Positions 1 through 9,072 of a stretch of 64,000 nucleotides of DNA are shown here, piece after piece. A program made the translations under genes and the position numbers. Origin of the DNA: Nodosilinea sp. (lineage in GTDB: Bacteria; Cyanobacteriota; Cyanobacteriia; Phormidesmidales; Phormidesmidaceae); NCBI GenBank assembly GCA_040396995.1, contig JBBAWV010000001.1:35258-99257 (forward strand), read 5' to 3'. Under the pieces are notes generated by a model, which saw nothing but the letters and a program-made list of their open reading frames with translations, made no database searches and was not told the DNA's origin. Numbering within the stretch: the stretch's first letter is position 1; the number at the start of each line of letters is the position of its first letter.

Positions 1-423
1 TTCTTGAACGGTGACTTCGGTGATGGCGTCGTCTTCAAATTCCTGCACATCACCGCACTGTACACAAACCAGGTGGTGGTGCTGTTCCCAAATGGGGCTT
101 TTGAGTTCGTAGTATTTGCGCCCTTCTGCCAGTTCTAGCTCTTGCAAAAGGCCCAATTTCACCATCACATGTAGTGCGCGATACACGGTAGACACGCTGA
201 TTTTTTCACCCTGTTCCCCAAGATACTGGTGAACTTCCTCGGCACTGAGATGATGGCGACTGGCTTTTTCCTTAAACAGGGTGAGAATTTTTTGCCGCTG
301 TACCGTCAGCCGAAAGCCTTCCCGGTTAAGGGTTTTCTTCAACAGTCCAGGGCTAATCATATCCTGGGAATCTGGGGTGTCTGGTGGTTGTGTGTCGTGC
401 TCACCCATTCTGGCCTCTAGCAT
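1..423 (-). CDS. fur: Fur-family transcriptional regulator (3' end runs off window)
   Basis: Manual translation: GFRLTVQRQKIL...HLSAEEVHQYL...SVSTVYRALHVM...GRKYYEL...EQHHHLVCVQCGDVQEF. Start could be 423, 408 or 360. Divergent from dps. Confidence 0.9.
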   Translation of the reverse strand, partial: MLEARMGEHDTQPPDTPDSQDMISPGLLKKTLNREGFRLTVQRQKILTLFKEKASRHHLSAEEVHQYLGEQGEKISVSTVYRALHVMVKLGLLQELELAEGRKYYELKSPIWEQHHHLVCVQCGDVQEFEDDAITEVTVQE

Positions 424-514
424 GGATATCCTGGGCTACGTCTGCAAAGATTTGACCCTTTAGAGCGATTTGGTAAGGATTTGGGGTCGATTTGGGATGG
501 AGGATGTGATCGCT

Positions 515-533
515 ATTGAAAATTATTTTCGAT
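515..533. promoter_or_regulatory. Fur-box-like 9-1-9 palindrome ATTGAAAAT-T-ATTTTCGAT
   Basis: Near-perfect inverted repeat in the fur/dps intergenic region. Confidence 0.6.
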
Positions 534-579
534 ATTTAAGAAAGATGATTTCAGGCTACTTTCTTCGAGAAAAGCGGTT

Positions 580-598
580 GTTGAAAATCATTTTCGCT
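580..598. promoter_or_regulatory. Second Fur-box-like palindrome GTTGAAAAT-C-ATTTTCGCT
   Basis: Same motif as 515-533; a further half-site TTGAAAAT at 711-718. Confidence 0.55.
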
Positions 599-765
599 AG
601 GCAAAAATATCTCATTTATAGGGCCTTTCTCCTTGTGTTTCATCAGCAAAGAAACTATCATCAAAGTCCAGACATGCTGGTTCAACCGTCATCATGACCT
701 GATGTCACGGTTGAAAATATGACCGCTGGAATGGGCCAAAAACGCCAATTTTTAAGGAGAGTGTT

Positions 766-1302
766 ATGCCTATCACCGAAACTCTGCTGCAATCCTACGG
801 AGAGGTTGCGGATAACTGCATTGGGCTGGAAAAGTCGGTGACGGAGCCGATTATTGAGGGTCTGGGCACCGTTTATGCCAGCTTTATGGCCCTGTACATG
901 CAGTACCAAAAGCATCATTTTGTGGTGGAAGGTTCGGAGTATTACATGCTCCACGACTTTTTCTCGGAGAGCTATGAGGCCGTCCAAGAGCACGCCCATG
1001 AGGTGGGTGAGCGTCTGCACGGGCTGGGCGGTGTGCCTGCCGGACGACTGACCACCCTGGCCAATCTCTGCGCCTTCGAGCCAGAGGGGGATGACGTCTA
1101 CCGCTGCCGGGTGATGATTGCCAACGACCTGAAGGCTGAGCAGGCGATGATTGAGTTGATTCGTCGGTTGGCTTCCCAGGCAGAAAGTTTGGGTGACCGC
1201 GCCACCCGCTACCTCTACGAGCAAATTTTGCTGAAAACCGAGGAACGGGCCTACCACCTGGAGCACTTCCTCACCCCCGACAGCCTGAAACTGGCTTGGT
1301 AA
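766..1302 (+). CDS. dps: Dps/ferritin-like DNA-protecting protein
   Basis: [25 protein letters not shown] ferroxidase motifs; 178 aa; RBS AGGAG. Confidence 0.92.
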   Translation: MPITETLLQSYGEVADNCIGLEKSVTEPIIEGLGTVYASFMALYMQYQKHHFVVEGSEYYMLHDFFSESYEAVQEHAHEVGERLHGLGGVPAGRLTTLANLCAFEPEGDDVYRCRVMIANDLKAEQAMIELIRRLASQAESLGDRATRYLYEQILLKTEERAYHLEHFLTPDSLKLAW

Positions 1303-1356
1303 GCCAAGCCCATCGATCAAGCCCATTGGTCTATGCCGTTGCATCGTCAGGTTAGA

Positions 1357-1392
1357 ATCCATGTCACTGAGATCCATGTCACTGAGATCCAT
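1357..1392 (+). repeat. 15-bp tandem repeat ATCCATGTCACTGAG x2.4
   Basis: Read directly from sequence. Confidence 0.85.
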
Positions 1393-1448
1393 AGTGCTGG
1401 AAGCCATGGCGCAGAACGGTTTTGGGTGATATCTGTCCATCCGGCCCA

Positions 1449-2189
1449 TCATTGACAGTGGGCCAAGAGTGCGATTGCACGGTCGGGGGTGACTCGGCTG
1501 TGCATTTTTTTCTGGGGCATCACCCGCAGGTTTGGCCCCTGCTTGCAAGCTCCCATGCAGCCTGTGCCTTCTACGGTGATGTGTTGCAAATCGGGGTTGA
1601 TCTCGACTTCGGACTGGAGCGCTTGCAGGATATGTTGTCCACCTTGCCGAAAACATTTGCCCTTGCGGCACACCTGAATACAGGCGGGTTTTGTGGCGGC
1701 GGGCTTCGTCGAGGATAGTTGTTGGGATTTGTGCTTCGTTGATAACGGAAGATTCTGATCAGCTAAGCTATCCTGAGCCGGAACCAACGAGGGCAAAGCA
1801 TCCACATTTTTTCCTACAACCGTGGCAGATTCAGCCAGGGCATCCTTCAGGGCTTGGGGCACCTCGGTTGCGGGCCAGGGGATCAGGTTTAGGCCCCGCC
1901 AGCGGTCGTCGTCGCGGTAGGCCCACACCTGCACCCAGGTACCGGGTTGCAGTTCGCGTACCAGCATTGGACGTAAATATTTGGGCAGCTTAACCGCCAC
2001 CTCACCCTCGGCAGCGTGGAGGATGAGCCCCTTAATTTTGCCCTTGGCCGACCGCATTGGCCCAGTGTATTGCCCCCGCAGCACTTGACCTTGGGGCTTA
2101 GGACTAAATTGGGAAATCACAGGTTGAGGCGCAGGGGCCACCATCATCGCCGAAGCGGGCCGAGAAAAATGGGAGGCTTCATCACGCAT
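1449..2189 (-). CDS. (2Fe-2S) ferredoxin domain protein (thioredoxin-like 2Fe-2S C-terminus)
   Basis: CRKGKC...GCMGACKQGPNL. Start 2189 chosen because it overlaps the upstream stop (TAATG); 2147 is an alternative. ORF-track extension to 2600 is unlikely. Confidence 0.8.
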   Translation of the reverse strand: MRDEASHFSRPASAMMVAPAPQPVISQFSPKPQGQVLRGQYTGPMRSAKGKIKGLILHAAEGEVAVKLPKYLRPMLVRELQPGTWVQVWAYRDDDRWRGLNLIPWPATEVPQALKDALAESATVVGKNVDALPSLVPAQDSLADQNLPLSTKHKSQQLSSTKPAATKPACIQVCRKGKCFRQGGQHILQALQSEVEINPDLQHITVEGTGCMGACKQGPNLRVMPQKKMHSRVTPDRAIALLAHCQ

Positions 2190-2467
2190 TATTTGGAAAT
2201 CCTTTGCTGCCAGCAGCGGTTGAGGTGGGCGGCGAGGTCGGCCTTGGGGGCGGTTTGGGTTTTGATGACGCTCCAAATTTGAGCGAGGGCCAGGGGCGTT
2301 TCGGCGGAAACCCGCAGGGGTTGGTGCACCCCGCACTGGCAGGGAATGGCGAGATTCTGCAAACGGCGGTAGACCTCCCAGGTGGCGACCCGATCTAGGT
2401 CGAGGGGAAGGGTAAGCGCCGAGGGTGGGCCGTTGAGGACAGGGGGAGAAGAGAGCGGCATGGCCAT
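2189..2467 (-). CDS. Asr1405/Asl0597-family small protein
   Basis: RVATWEVYRRLQNLAIPCQC...PLRV...ALAQIWSV pattern typical of this iron-cluster-associated cyanobacterial family. Confidence 0.75.
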   Translation of the reverse strand: MAMPLSSPPVLNGPPSALTLPLDLDRVATWEVYRRLQNLAIPCQCGVHQPLRVSAETPLALAQIWSVIKTQTAPKADLAAHLNRCWQQRISK

Positions 2468-2718
2468 CGAAGCGACAGGACTTCGGAATTAGGGAATGAC
2501 AGCCAGGGCAAAACCCACCGCTGGCCCACGATCCTCTTGCCATTGGTTCTGAATAAAGGATTCCGGGGGGCTTCAACCAAAAGGCTAGAGTGACTCCCAA
2601 AGAAAACCCAAATTCTCTGCCAGCAATGGTTTGGTCGTTCTACAGCGCTGTGCTAGAGAGTTGGAGGAACCATCCTTAATGAAGATCGTTTCCACTAAGA
2701 TAACCAACCCCTGATTTT

Positions 2719-2737
2719 AATGCAATAGACTTTCAAT
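2719..2737. promoter_or_regulatory. Fur-box-like site
   Basis: Reverse complement ATTGAAAGT-C-TATTGCATT, upstream of the Asr1405/2Fe-2S operon. Confidence 0.4.
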
Positions 2738-2793
2738 AAGCAGATCCTATGAAGGTCAGGAAACCCTTGTATATCAGTCAATTCAAGCTTTAA

Positions 2794-2812
2794 TCTGAAA
2801 TTAACTCTCAAT
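2794..2812. promoter_or_regulatory. Fur-box-like site
   Basis: Reverse complement ATTGAGAGT-T-AATTTCAGA. Confidence 0.45.
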
Positions 2813-2889
2813 GAGCCGTCGCTACAGCTTGGATCAACTGTCGATAAGCCCAGTCCCCAATGCCCCTAATAAGGCCCCCTGATCAGGCT

Positions 2890-3699
2890 CTACAACGCCT
2901 GAAGCGCGACCAGTCGATCCTCGGTGAGGGGCGCGGGAGTGAGGCTGTAGAGAATGCCCTCGGTGACAGACACCAGGTTGAGGTAGTAGGGATCCTCCCC
3001 GTCCTTGGTGACTTGGTAAACCCGCACGCCCGTTTCCGTAGAAAGCACTTCCCCCGTGATGTTGCTGAGGGTATAGCCCTGGGCCTCCAAATTGTCCTGA
3101 AGGGATCCTGCCGCGCCGCGCCAGCCGCCTTCTACGGGGCTCGTCCAGCAGGTTTCACCGCCGCAATCGGCTTGTTGCGCTCCCTGAAAGTGGGGAAAAT
3201 CGGCGTAGGGCTGGGGTTCGGGTTCCGTAACGGGTTCTGTGACGGGTTCCGCGATGGGTTCCGGTTCTGGATCCGTAGAAATCGGTTCTGTGACGGGTGA
3301 CTCAGGGGCGGTGGCCAAGGGCTCGGCGGGGGCGGGAATGACTTCTGCGACAGGCTGCGGACTGGGGGGAATGGCCCTAGGCGATGGATTTACCGCTACG
3401 GCAGCGGGCCTCGTTGTAGCAGGGCGAGCCACTGGAAGGGGTGGCTCCGGTTCATCTGGGGCTGGGAGCGTCGGCAGCACCGCCACATCCATCGTCATTG
3501 TGGGTGGTTCTTCGAGGGCCGCGAAATCCTCGGTTTCGTTAGCGCTGGGCGACCAAGGTAGACCCAGCAACACCCCATGGGCACCCAAGGACGCCGCTAA
3601 ACACAGCCCCCCTAGCCAAGGCTTGAGCTTTGCAATCCCAAGTTGGTGGCCTGAGGTGCACGGGATCGGGGTGGAGTGGGGGGAAATCCGTAGAGTCAT
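2890..3699 (-). CDS. Membrane-anchored Pro/Glu-rich hypothetical protein (TonB-like anchor and spacer)
   Basis: N-terminal TM with S-x3-H (ASLGAHGVLL), long PEPEP/EPV spacer, small C-terminal domain with CGGETC. Confidence 0.7.
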   Translation of the reverse strand: MTLRISPHSTPIPCTSGHQLGIAKLKPWLGGLCLAASLGAHGVLLGLPWSPSANETEDFAALEEPPTMTMDVAVLPTLPAPDEPEPPLPVARPATTRPAAVAVNPSPRAIPPSPQPVAEVIPAPAEPLATAPESPVTEPISTDPEPEPIAEPVTEPVTEPEPQPYADFPHFQGAQQADCGGETCWTSPVEGGWRGAAGSLQDNLEAQGYTLSNITGEVLSTETGVRVYQVTKDGEDPYYLNLVSVTEGILYSLTPAPLTEDRLVALQAL

Positions 3700-3887
3700 T
3701 ATCGAAAAGCTTTGGCAGTAGTCTTGGCCAGGTAACGGGATCAGTTCACTATTAGCTTATGCCAAATTGGCCGGATAATCTACGAGTTCACTGGAAAATT
3801 AAGGATTCTCAAGCCTTTCGAGGGGCTTCGCTGCCCCTATTCCAGTTGCCACTAGACGCCACCTAAACCAGGTTGATTTTTGAATTT

Positions 3888-3906
3888 GTTGGGAAACTGT
3901 GTCAAT
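3888..3906. promoter_or_regulatory. Fur-box-like site upstream of futA, next to a -10-like TACAAT (3912-3917)
   Basis: GTTGGGAAA-C-TGTGTCAAT, about 12/18 match to ATTGAGAAT-N-ATTCTCAAT. Confidence 0.4.
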
Positions 3907-3982
3907 AAGCGCTACAATTCAATCGAAGTTGACGCCCGGAGGTATCTGCCTGAGGGCGTTTTGAAGGTTTGAGGTATTCAAC

Positions 3983-5056
3983 GTGTCAAGCAAATTAGGA
4001 AGACGTGTGTTTTTAGGGGCCGGAGCCGCCGCCGCCGTGGTTGCGGTAGGAGGGCTGAGGTCGAAATCTGCCCAGGCCCAGTTTCCGTGGAGCCGCAACC
4101 GGGGCCGCGTGGTCAATTTGTACTCGTCGCGCCACTACGATACCGATGAGGAACTCTACGAGGGTTTTCGAGAGGCCACGGGCATTCGGATCAACGTGGT
4201 GGAAGCCGAGGCCGACCAACTGATCGAGCGGATTAAAAGCGAAGGCCAAAACAGCCCCGCCGACCTGCTGATGACCGTGGATGCGGGGCGGCTGTGGCGG
4301 GCCGAACAGGAGGATCTCTTCCAGGCTGTGAATTCCTCGGTGTTGACGGGGGCCATTCCCGAAAACCTGCGTCATCCCGATGGGCTGTGGTTTGGCCTCA
4401 CCCAGCGGGCCAGGGTGTTGATGTACCACAAGGATCGGGTGAATCCCTCAGACCTTTCCACCTACGAAGACCTCGTTAATCCCAAGTGGCGGGGACGTCT
4501 GCTCACCCGTAGCTCCACCAATATCTACAGCCAGTCTTTGGTCGGATCCATGATTGCGGCCCACGGTGCAGCGGATACCGAAACCTGGGCACGGGGGTTG
4601 GTCGCCAACTTTGCCCGCGATCCCCAGGGTGGCGACACCGACCAAATCAAAGCCGTGGCGGCTGGTTTGGGTGACGTGGCCATTTCCAACACCTATTACT
4701 TGGCCCGTTTGATCAAGTCCGACAATGCCGAGGATCAAGCCGTGGCCGAAGCCATTGGTGTGTTCTTCCCCAACCAAAACGACCGGGGTACCCACGTCAA
4801 TATCAGTGGGGCTGGGTTGCTGAAAACCGCGCCCCATGCCGAGGACGCCATTGCCTTTCTAGAGTACTTGGTGAGTCCAGAGGCCCAGCGGATTTTTGCC
4901 GAAAGCAATAACGAGTACCCCGTGGTGGAAGGCGTGGCCATCGATTCTGTGGTGGCTGGATTTGGCGAATTTAAGGCCGATCCCCTCAATGCCGCCGTCT
5001 TTGGGCGCAACAACCCCGAAGCCCTACAAATTACCGACCGCGCAGGCTGGAAGTAG
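3983..5056 (+). CDS. futA: Fe(3+) ABC transporter substrate-binding protein FutA/IdiA, Tat-exported
   Basis: Twin-arginine leader GRRVFL; [38 protein letters not shown] motifs; GTG start. Confidence 0.92.
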   Translation: MSSKLGRRVFLGAGAAAAVVAVGGLRSKSAQAQFPWSRNRGRVVNLYSSRHYDTDEELYEGFREATGIRINVVEAEADQLIERIKSEGQNSPADLLMTVDAGRLWRAEQEDLFQAVNSSVLTGAIPENLRHPDGLWFGLTQRARVLMYHKDRVNPSDLSTYEDLVNPKWRGRLLTRSSTNIYSQSLVGSMIAAHGAADTETWARGLVANFARDPQGGDTDQIKAVAAGLGDVAISNTYYLARLIKSDNAEDQAVAEAIGVFFPNQNDRGTHVNISGAGLLKTAPHAEDAIAFLEYLVSPEAQRIFAESNNEYPVVEGVAIDSVVAGFGEFKADPLNAAVFGRNNPEALQITDRAGWK

Positions 5057-5143
5057 GCTCTGTTGCCATTTGGCTAGGGTAGAGGGCATGCAGAACAACC
5101 CAAATTCGGAGAAGATGGGAAGCACTGAATCCCCCCTACCCCC

Positions 5144-5530
5144 ATGGCTGACATGCTGAAACTTGCGGTAAACGGTACCCTCATGCGAGGGCTAGAACTC
5201 AACCCCAACCTCATCCAGGCGGGGGCTGAGTTTTTGTATGAAACGACAACCACGCCCGACTATCGCCTATGGTCGATTCAAGATCGGCATCCGGCCATGG
5301 TGCGAGTCTCCACGGGCGGCGTGGCGGTGGCCCTAGAGGTGTGGCAAATGCCCGCCGCTGGCTTGGTGCAGGTGCTCTTGCAAGAACCGCCCGGATTGTC
5401 CATCGGTAAAGTTACCCTCAGCACAGGCGAAACGGTGTTGGGGGTGTTGGGAGAACCGATCCTCTGCGAAGGGCAGCGGGAAATTTCGGACTTTGGCGGC
5501 TGGCGGGCCTACCTGGCCCAGGGTGCCTAA
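5144..5530 (+). CDS. Gamma-glutamylcyclotransferase-like / allophanate hydrolase C-terminal-like protein
   Basis: LAVNGTLMRGLELN...YRLWSI...EVW...EPPGLSIGKVTL...ISDFGGWRAY. Confidence 0.7.
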   Translation: MADMLKLAVNGTLMRGLELNPNLIQAGAEFLYETTTTPDYRLWSIQDRHPAMVRVSTGGVAVALEVWQMPAAGLVQVLLQEPPGLSIGKVTLSTGETVLGVLGEPILCEGQREISDFGGWRAYLAQGA

Positions 5531-5540
5531 CCCATAACCG

Positions 5541-5600
5541 ATCACCCATCCCTATCACCCATCCCTATCACCCATACACCCTATCACCCATACACCCATG
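5541..5600 (+). repeat. Short tandem repeat ATCACCCATCCCT x2 then ATCACCCATACACCCT x~2
   Basis: Read directly; STRR-like intergenic repeat. Confidence 0.8.
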
Positions 5601-5877
5601 AGCCCAAGGCGGATTCGTGGAACGTTAGGACTTGGGCTAGATTGTCAGGGACGATACGATCATGGTGGCCTGTCCTTGCTAGGCTAGGTGGGTATTCTCT
5701 AGCCACAAAATACCTTTTGGCTCAGCTTTTTAATACCTCAGCAAGCTTTTGTTGTGTTCACTACATTTCTCGCGCATTGAGGTTCTCGCGCACATTGAAC
5801 TTTATTACGTTCTCTCCTGTGGATATTAAAACTAAAAAAGAGGGAACTATAACTGTGGTTGACCTTTCACTTCAGGA

Positions 5878-6135
5878 ATGCAGGTCATGGAAATTCCCCA
5901 AGCCATCATCGACGACCTTATTTTGACCCTCCACCAAGCCCAGCGATCCACGGTGTTGATTGGCGGCACCAGTGGCCAAGCTGCCGATGCGGTCTCTCTC
6001 CACAGCAATAACCGTCGCCATCGCCAGCAGCAGCAGGCCATTGCCTCCGTCATTGGCACGGTGCTAGAGTTCGCGAGCGAAGATGTGCAATCGCGATTGG
6101 CCTCCAGCTATCGCAAATCCGCCAGTTTGCCCTAG
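5878..6135 (+). CDS. Hypothetical small protein (85 aa; start may be 5887)
   Basis: Isolated ORF after an AT-rich promoter-like region; no family recognised. Confidence 0.5.
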   Translation: MQVMEIPQAIIDDLILTLHQAQRSTVLIGGTSGQAADAVSLHSNNRRHRQQQQAIASVIGTVLEFASEDVQSRLASSYRKSASLP

Positions 6136-6210
6136 GCTTGGTTCTTCCCGACCCCAAAGCGGTTAAGATGCCACGGTACTCTCTACCATCTCCCTAGGGG
6201 TTAGGGTTGC

Positions 6211-7428
6211 ATGGCAATGACTTCAACGCTTTGGCGTCAGGATTTGGGGCGCTTTGTTCGGCAATACTTGATTTATTTTTTGCCGATCACCTTTCTGATA
6301 TATCTCACCCTAGAAAGCTATCAGATCGACTTTCGGAGTTTTTATCTGGCTGGCAAATCGGTGCTGTTTGGGCTTGATCCCTACCTCAACTATGTAGGGA
6401 TACGGCCTGAGTTCTATGGCCCCATTAATGCCGAAACCGCTCCGTTTTCGGGATTTCGCTATCCGCCCTTTGCGGCCCTCATGTTTGCGCCCTTGGCCCT
6501 GTTTCCCTACGCCGTCGCCAAGGCCCTCTTTACCCTCGCCATGCTGATTAGCCTGGGCCTGCTGAGTTTTGGCCTGGTGCGGCGCAGTCGGTTTGCGATC
6601 CCCGGTGAGGCGCTACTGTTTATGATGGTCAGCTTTCCGGTGCTGGCCCTGGTGGAACGCGGCCAGGTAGATAGTGCCTTGGTTTATCTGGTGGCCTTGG
6701 CCTACTGGGCTAGTCAATATCGCTATGGCAGTTGGCTGACCGCGTTGTTGATTGGGGCGGCTGGAGCGTTCAAGATTTTCCCCATTGTGGCGCTGGTGTT
6801 CTATGCAATGCGCCGCCAGTACCGATTGGTGGCGGGAACGCTGCTGTGGGCGGCAGGGTTGGTGTTGCTGCCCTATGTCTACTTTGGCAACGAGGTCTAT
6901 AGCCACTTTTTGCAGCGAACGTTTCCCGCCTATTTGGGCGAAATCACCACCAATCTGCCGATGAGTTTGCACAATCAAGGGGTGGCGTTGAACAAGGTGG
7001 TGATCTCGATGGATGCCGATAACCTGATTGCCACCCACGATTTTGTCAATGGCTCTATGAATCCTTTGCTGAGTAGCAGCACCCTGGGAACGCTGATTTC
7101 TGGCACGGTGTTGACCATTCTGCTGCTGATTGCCCTGCACCGCTGCCCGGTGGATATGCAGTTCTACAGCTTGCTGAATGTCATCAATCTATTCAACCCG
7201 GTAGCCTGGATTATGGGCTTGGTATGGCATATTCCTCTGTTTCTATACCTATATCCCCGTTCAACTCGACTGGGGCAGTTTTTGCTGTTGCTACCGCTGT
7301 TTTTGCCGCCTTTTCTCAATGCAAGTGCCGTAGTGGCCTATGTCTTTACCATTGTGTTTGCCCTGGCCTATCGCTGGCCTCCCTTGGGCCGTCACCTGTT
7401 GATCCCCGCCCAAGACTATGTGGCTTAG
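6211..7428 (+). CDS. Glycosyltransferase family 87 / DUF2029 polytopic membrane protein
   Basis: IDFRSFYLAG, FRYPPFAAL, ERGQVD, FKIFP motifs; many TM helices. Confidence 0.8.
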   Translation: MAMTSTLWRQDLGRFVRQYLIYFLPITFLIYLTLESYQIDFRSFYLAGKSVLFGLDPYLNYVGIRPEFYGPINAETAPFSGFRYPPFAALMFAPLALFPYAVAKALFTLAMLISLGLLSFGLVRRSRFAIPGEALLFMMVSFPVLALVERGQVDSALVYLVALAYWASQYRYGSWLTALLIGAAGAFKIFPIVALVFYAMRRQYRLVAGTLLWAAGLVLLPYVYFGNEVYSHFLQRTFPAYLGEITTNLPMSLHNQGVALNKVVISMDADNLIATHDFVNGSMNPLLSSSTLGTLISGTVLTILLLIALHRCPVDMQFYSLLNVINLFNPVAWIMGLVWHIPLFLYLYPRSTRLGQFLLLLPLFLPPFLNASAVVAYVFTIVFALAYRWPPLGRHLLIPAQDYVA

Positions 7429-7456
7429 CCAGCACTCAGCCACAAGGAGAGGATCT

Positions 7457-7552
7457 GGGGGTGAGGGCTGCGGGGGACTTTGCGATCTACTGAGCCTGAC
7501 AAACCATAGGGGCGAGGTCTCCCGCTGATACCGGGGGCAAGCAAGCTGGATT
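7457..7552 (+). repeat. Composite repeat: one end of the 47020 MITE family (TTTGCGATCTACTG, 7479-7492) joined to a degenerate GTAGGGGCG-REP element
   Basis: 7465-7492 matches the reverse complement of 47020-47046; 7500-7552 matches 41870-41926. Confidence 0.75.
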
Positions 7553-7558
7553 ATGAGC

Positions 7559-8113
7559 CTAGGCCGTCTTTTGTTCGACGCCAAAGCCTACTAGCACCAG
7601 CGTATCCAGGGGTTGGCCCTCCGCTGGGCGCTGGTAGTTGAGGATGCGGCGAATGCGCATCTTGGGGTTGACCAACAGGATGGAATCCACGGAAACCACG
7701 CGGGTATAGGGGGTGGTCATCAGCAGTTCGCGATTTGTGGGGGCGTAGCGAAAGCTGGATACGATGGGACGCGCTTCTTCGTAGGCCCGATCCCGCAGAT
7801 AGTCGCCAGTAATCACGCCATCGGTTTGCTGTTTGGGCACAAATAAGGCCCGCAACTCCTGGGAGACCTCCTCGCCCTTGTCGGAAACGGTGTGAAATAC
7901 CAGATTGAACCCCGGCAGATCGTCGAGATCGTCGGGGATTGGGTAGGCGTTGTCGGTTAAGACCTTGCGCTTGAGGTCGGAACTGATGGCCTCTACCTGA
8001 AAATCGGTGTGGGAACGCTCGATTTCCTGGTGGGTGAGGTAGTGGTAGGTGCGCTCAATCGACCAGCGACCCAGGCAGCAGTCAAAAAAATAGTTGATAT
8101 CCGAGAGATCCAT
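7559..8113 (-). CDS. CpcS/CpeS-family phycobiliprotein lyase-like protein
   Basis: FFDCCLGRWSIERTYHYL...ERSHT lipocalin-type lyase pattern. Confidence 0.75.
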   Translation of the reverse strand: MDLSDINYFFDCCLGRWSIERTYHYLTHQEIERSHTDFQVEAISSDLKRKVLTDNAYPIPDDLDDLPGFNLVFHTVSDKGEEVSQELRALFVPKQQTDGVITGDYLRDRAYEEARPIVSSFRYAPTNRELLMTTPYTRVVSVDSILLVNPKMRIRRILNYQRPAEGQPLDTLVLVGFGVEQKTA

Positions 8114-8456
8114 CGTTCTTCATTTGCCCAGGGAAAGCCTCTCTGATCGTACCCCCAGGGCAACCTTTGGGCCGATGGATTTGCGCTAACAGGCAGATGC
8201 GTGACGGCTCCCAGCCTCAACGCCGATACAAAACGACCTGGGGATTGCCATTAAGTAAAAATGCTTACAGATTGCCCTGCCAGAATTCGTACAATCAGCC
8301 TCAATCCTGCCTATGCCAACGCCCAAGCCACCTTGCCGACCGATGGGGCAATCACTATAGTTAAGAAATGTAAATCAAAATTACGTTTTCCATCATTTAG
8401 TTGACTTTGCTCCAACGTCTTCAAGTCGCCCCTAGTCACAACCTGGATAGTCTCCT

Positions 8457-8993
8457 ATGCCTTTCTCCGTCGAAACCGCCCGCATTTTAGCCGAGCCCTT
8501 GGTGACGGCCTTTTTCCAGGAAACGGCTGGGGAATGGCGTTCTGAGCGTCGCTACTACACCCTCAGCAGCGGCGAAACCCAGGAAGTCGTCAGTCAGATC
8601 ACCATTGAGTTCCTGGAAGCAGGCCATCCGCAGCTCTTGCATTTGGCCGAATTGCACCACCTCACCGCCCATGCGCCCCTCATTTGTGGTACCGCCGTCT
8701 CCTGGGAAAGCGACTATGTGGGCACAGGCAAAAAGCCCGTCAAAGGCAGCACACTGTTTGGGGTGAGAGGAACGACGCTGTATCGAGATCGGGGCTTTGC
8801 CACCAGCAAACCCGTTACCGCCCAATACCTGTTTCCCGATAGCCGCACCCTCCAGCTCAAAACCGAGTACAACCAATCCTCCTTTGAGGAAGAAATTCGC
8901 CTGATTGGCCACCGCTACCGCACCCGCCAAACGGTCATCTCCCGCGCCGGAGAACAGGTGATGATCGGCCAATACCTCGAAACCCGCTGCTAA
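8457..8993 (+). CDS. CpcS/CpeS-family phycobiliprotein lyase (CpcV-like)
   Basis: FFQETAGEWRSERRYYTL...LYRDRGFATSKPV...FEEEIRL...RTRQTVISRAG. Confidence 0.8.
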   Translation: MPFSVETARILAEPLVTAFFQETAGEWRSERRYYTLSSGETQEVVSQITIEFLEAGHPQLLHLAELHHLTAHAPLICGTAVSWESDYVGTGKKPVKGSTLFGVRGTTLYRDRGFATSKPVTAQYLFPDSRTLQLKTEYNQSSFEEEIRLIGHRYRTRQTVISRAGEQVMIGQYLETRC

Positions 8994-9072
8994 GGAGGGG
9001 GGCGCAGGTTCCCTATAATGGGGTGTCGTCGGTAGCGGTGTTTCTGTTCCCGTTTATCCCATTTGTGTCCCT

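Noticed and set aside
682-1671. 329-aa ORF antisense to dps, and other long overlapping ORFs (e.g. 11076-11750, 19780-20460, 27938-28708, 33890-35080, 36960-37658)
   Set aside because: Shadow frames of well-supported high-GC genes; no recognisable motifs
2190-2600. ORF-track N-terminal extensions here and at 15955-16356, 24990-25214, 29366-29758, 32213-32434, 39203-39325
   Set aside because: Most overlap neighbouring genes and all lack family-like sequence; downstream starts fit better
2468-3982. IsaR1-like iron-stress sRNA in the intergenic spaces
   Set aside because: Could not find its conserved 5' segment or a matching terminator
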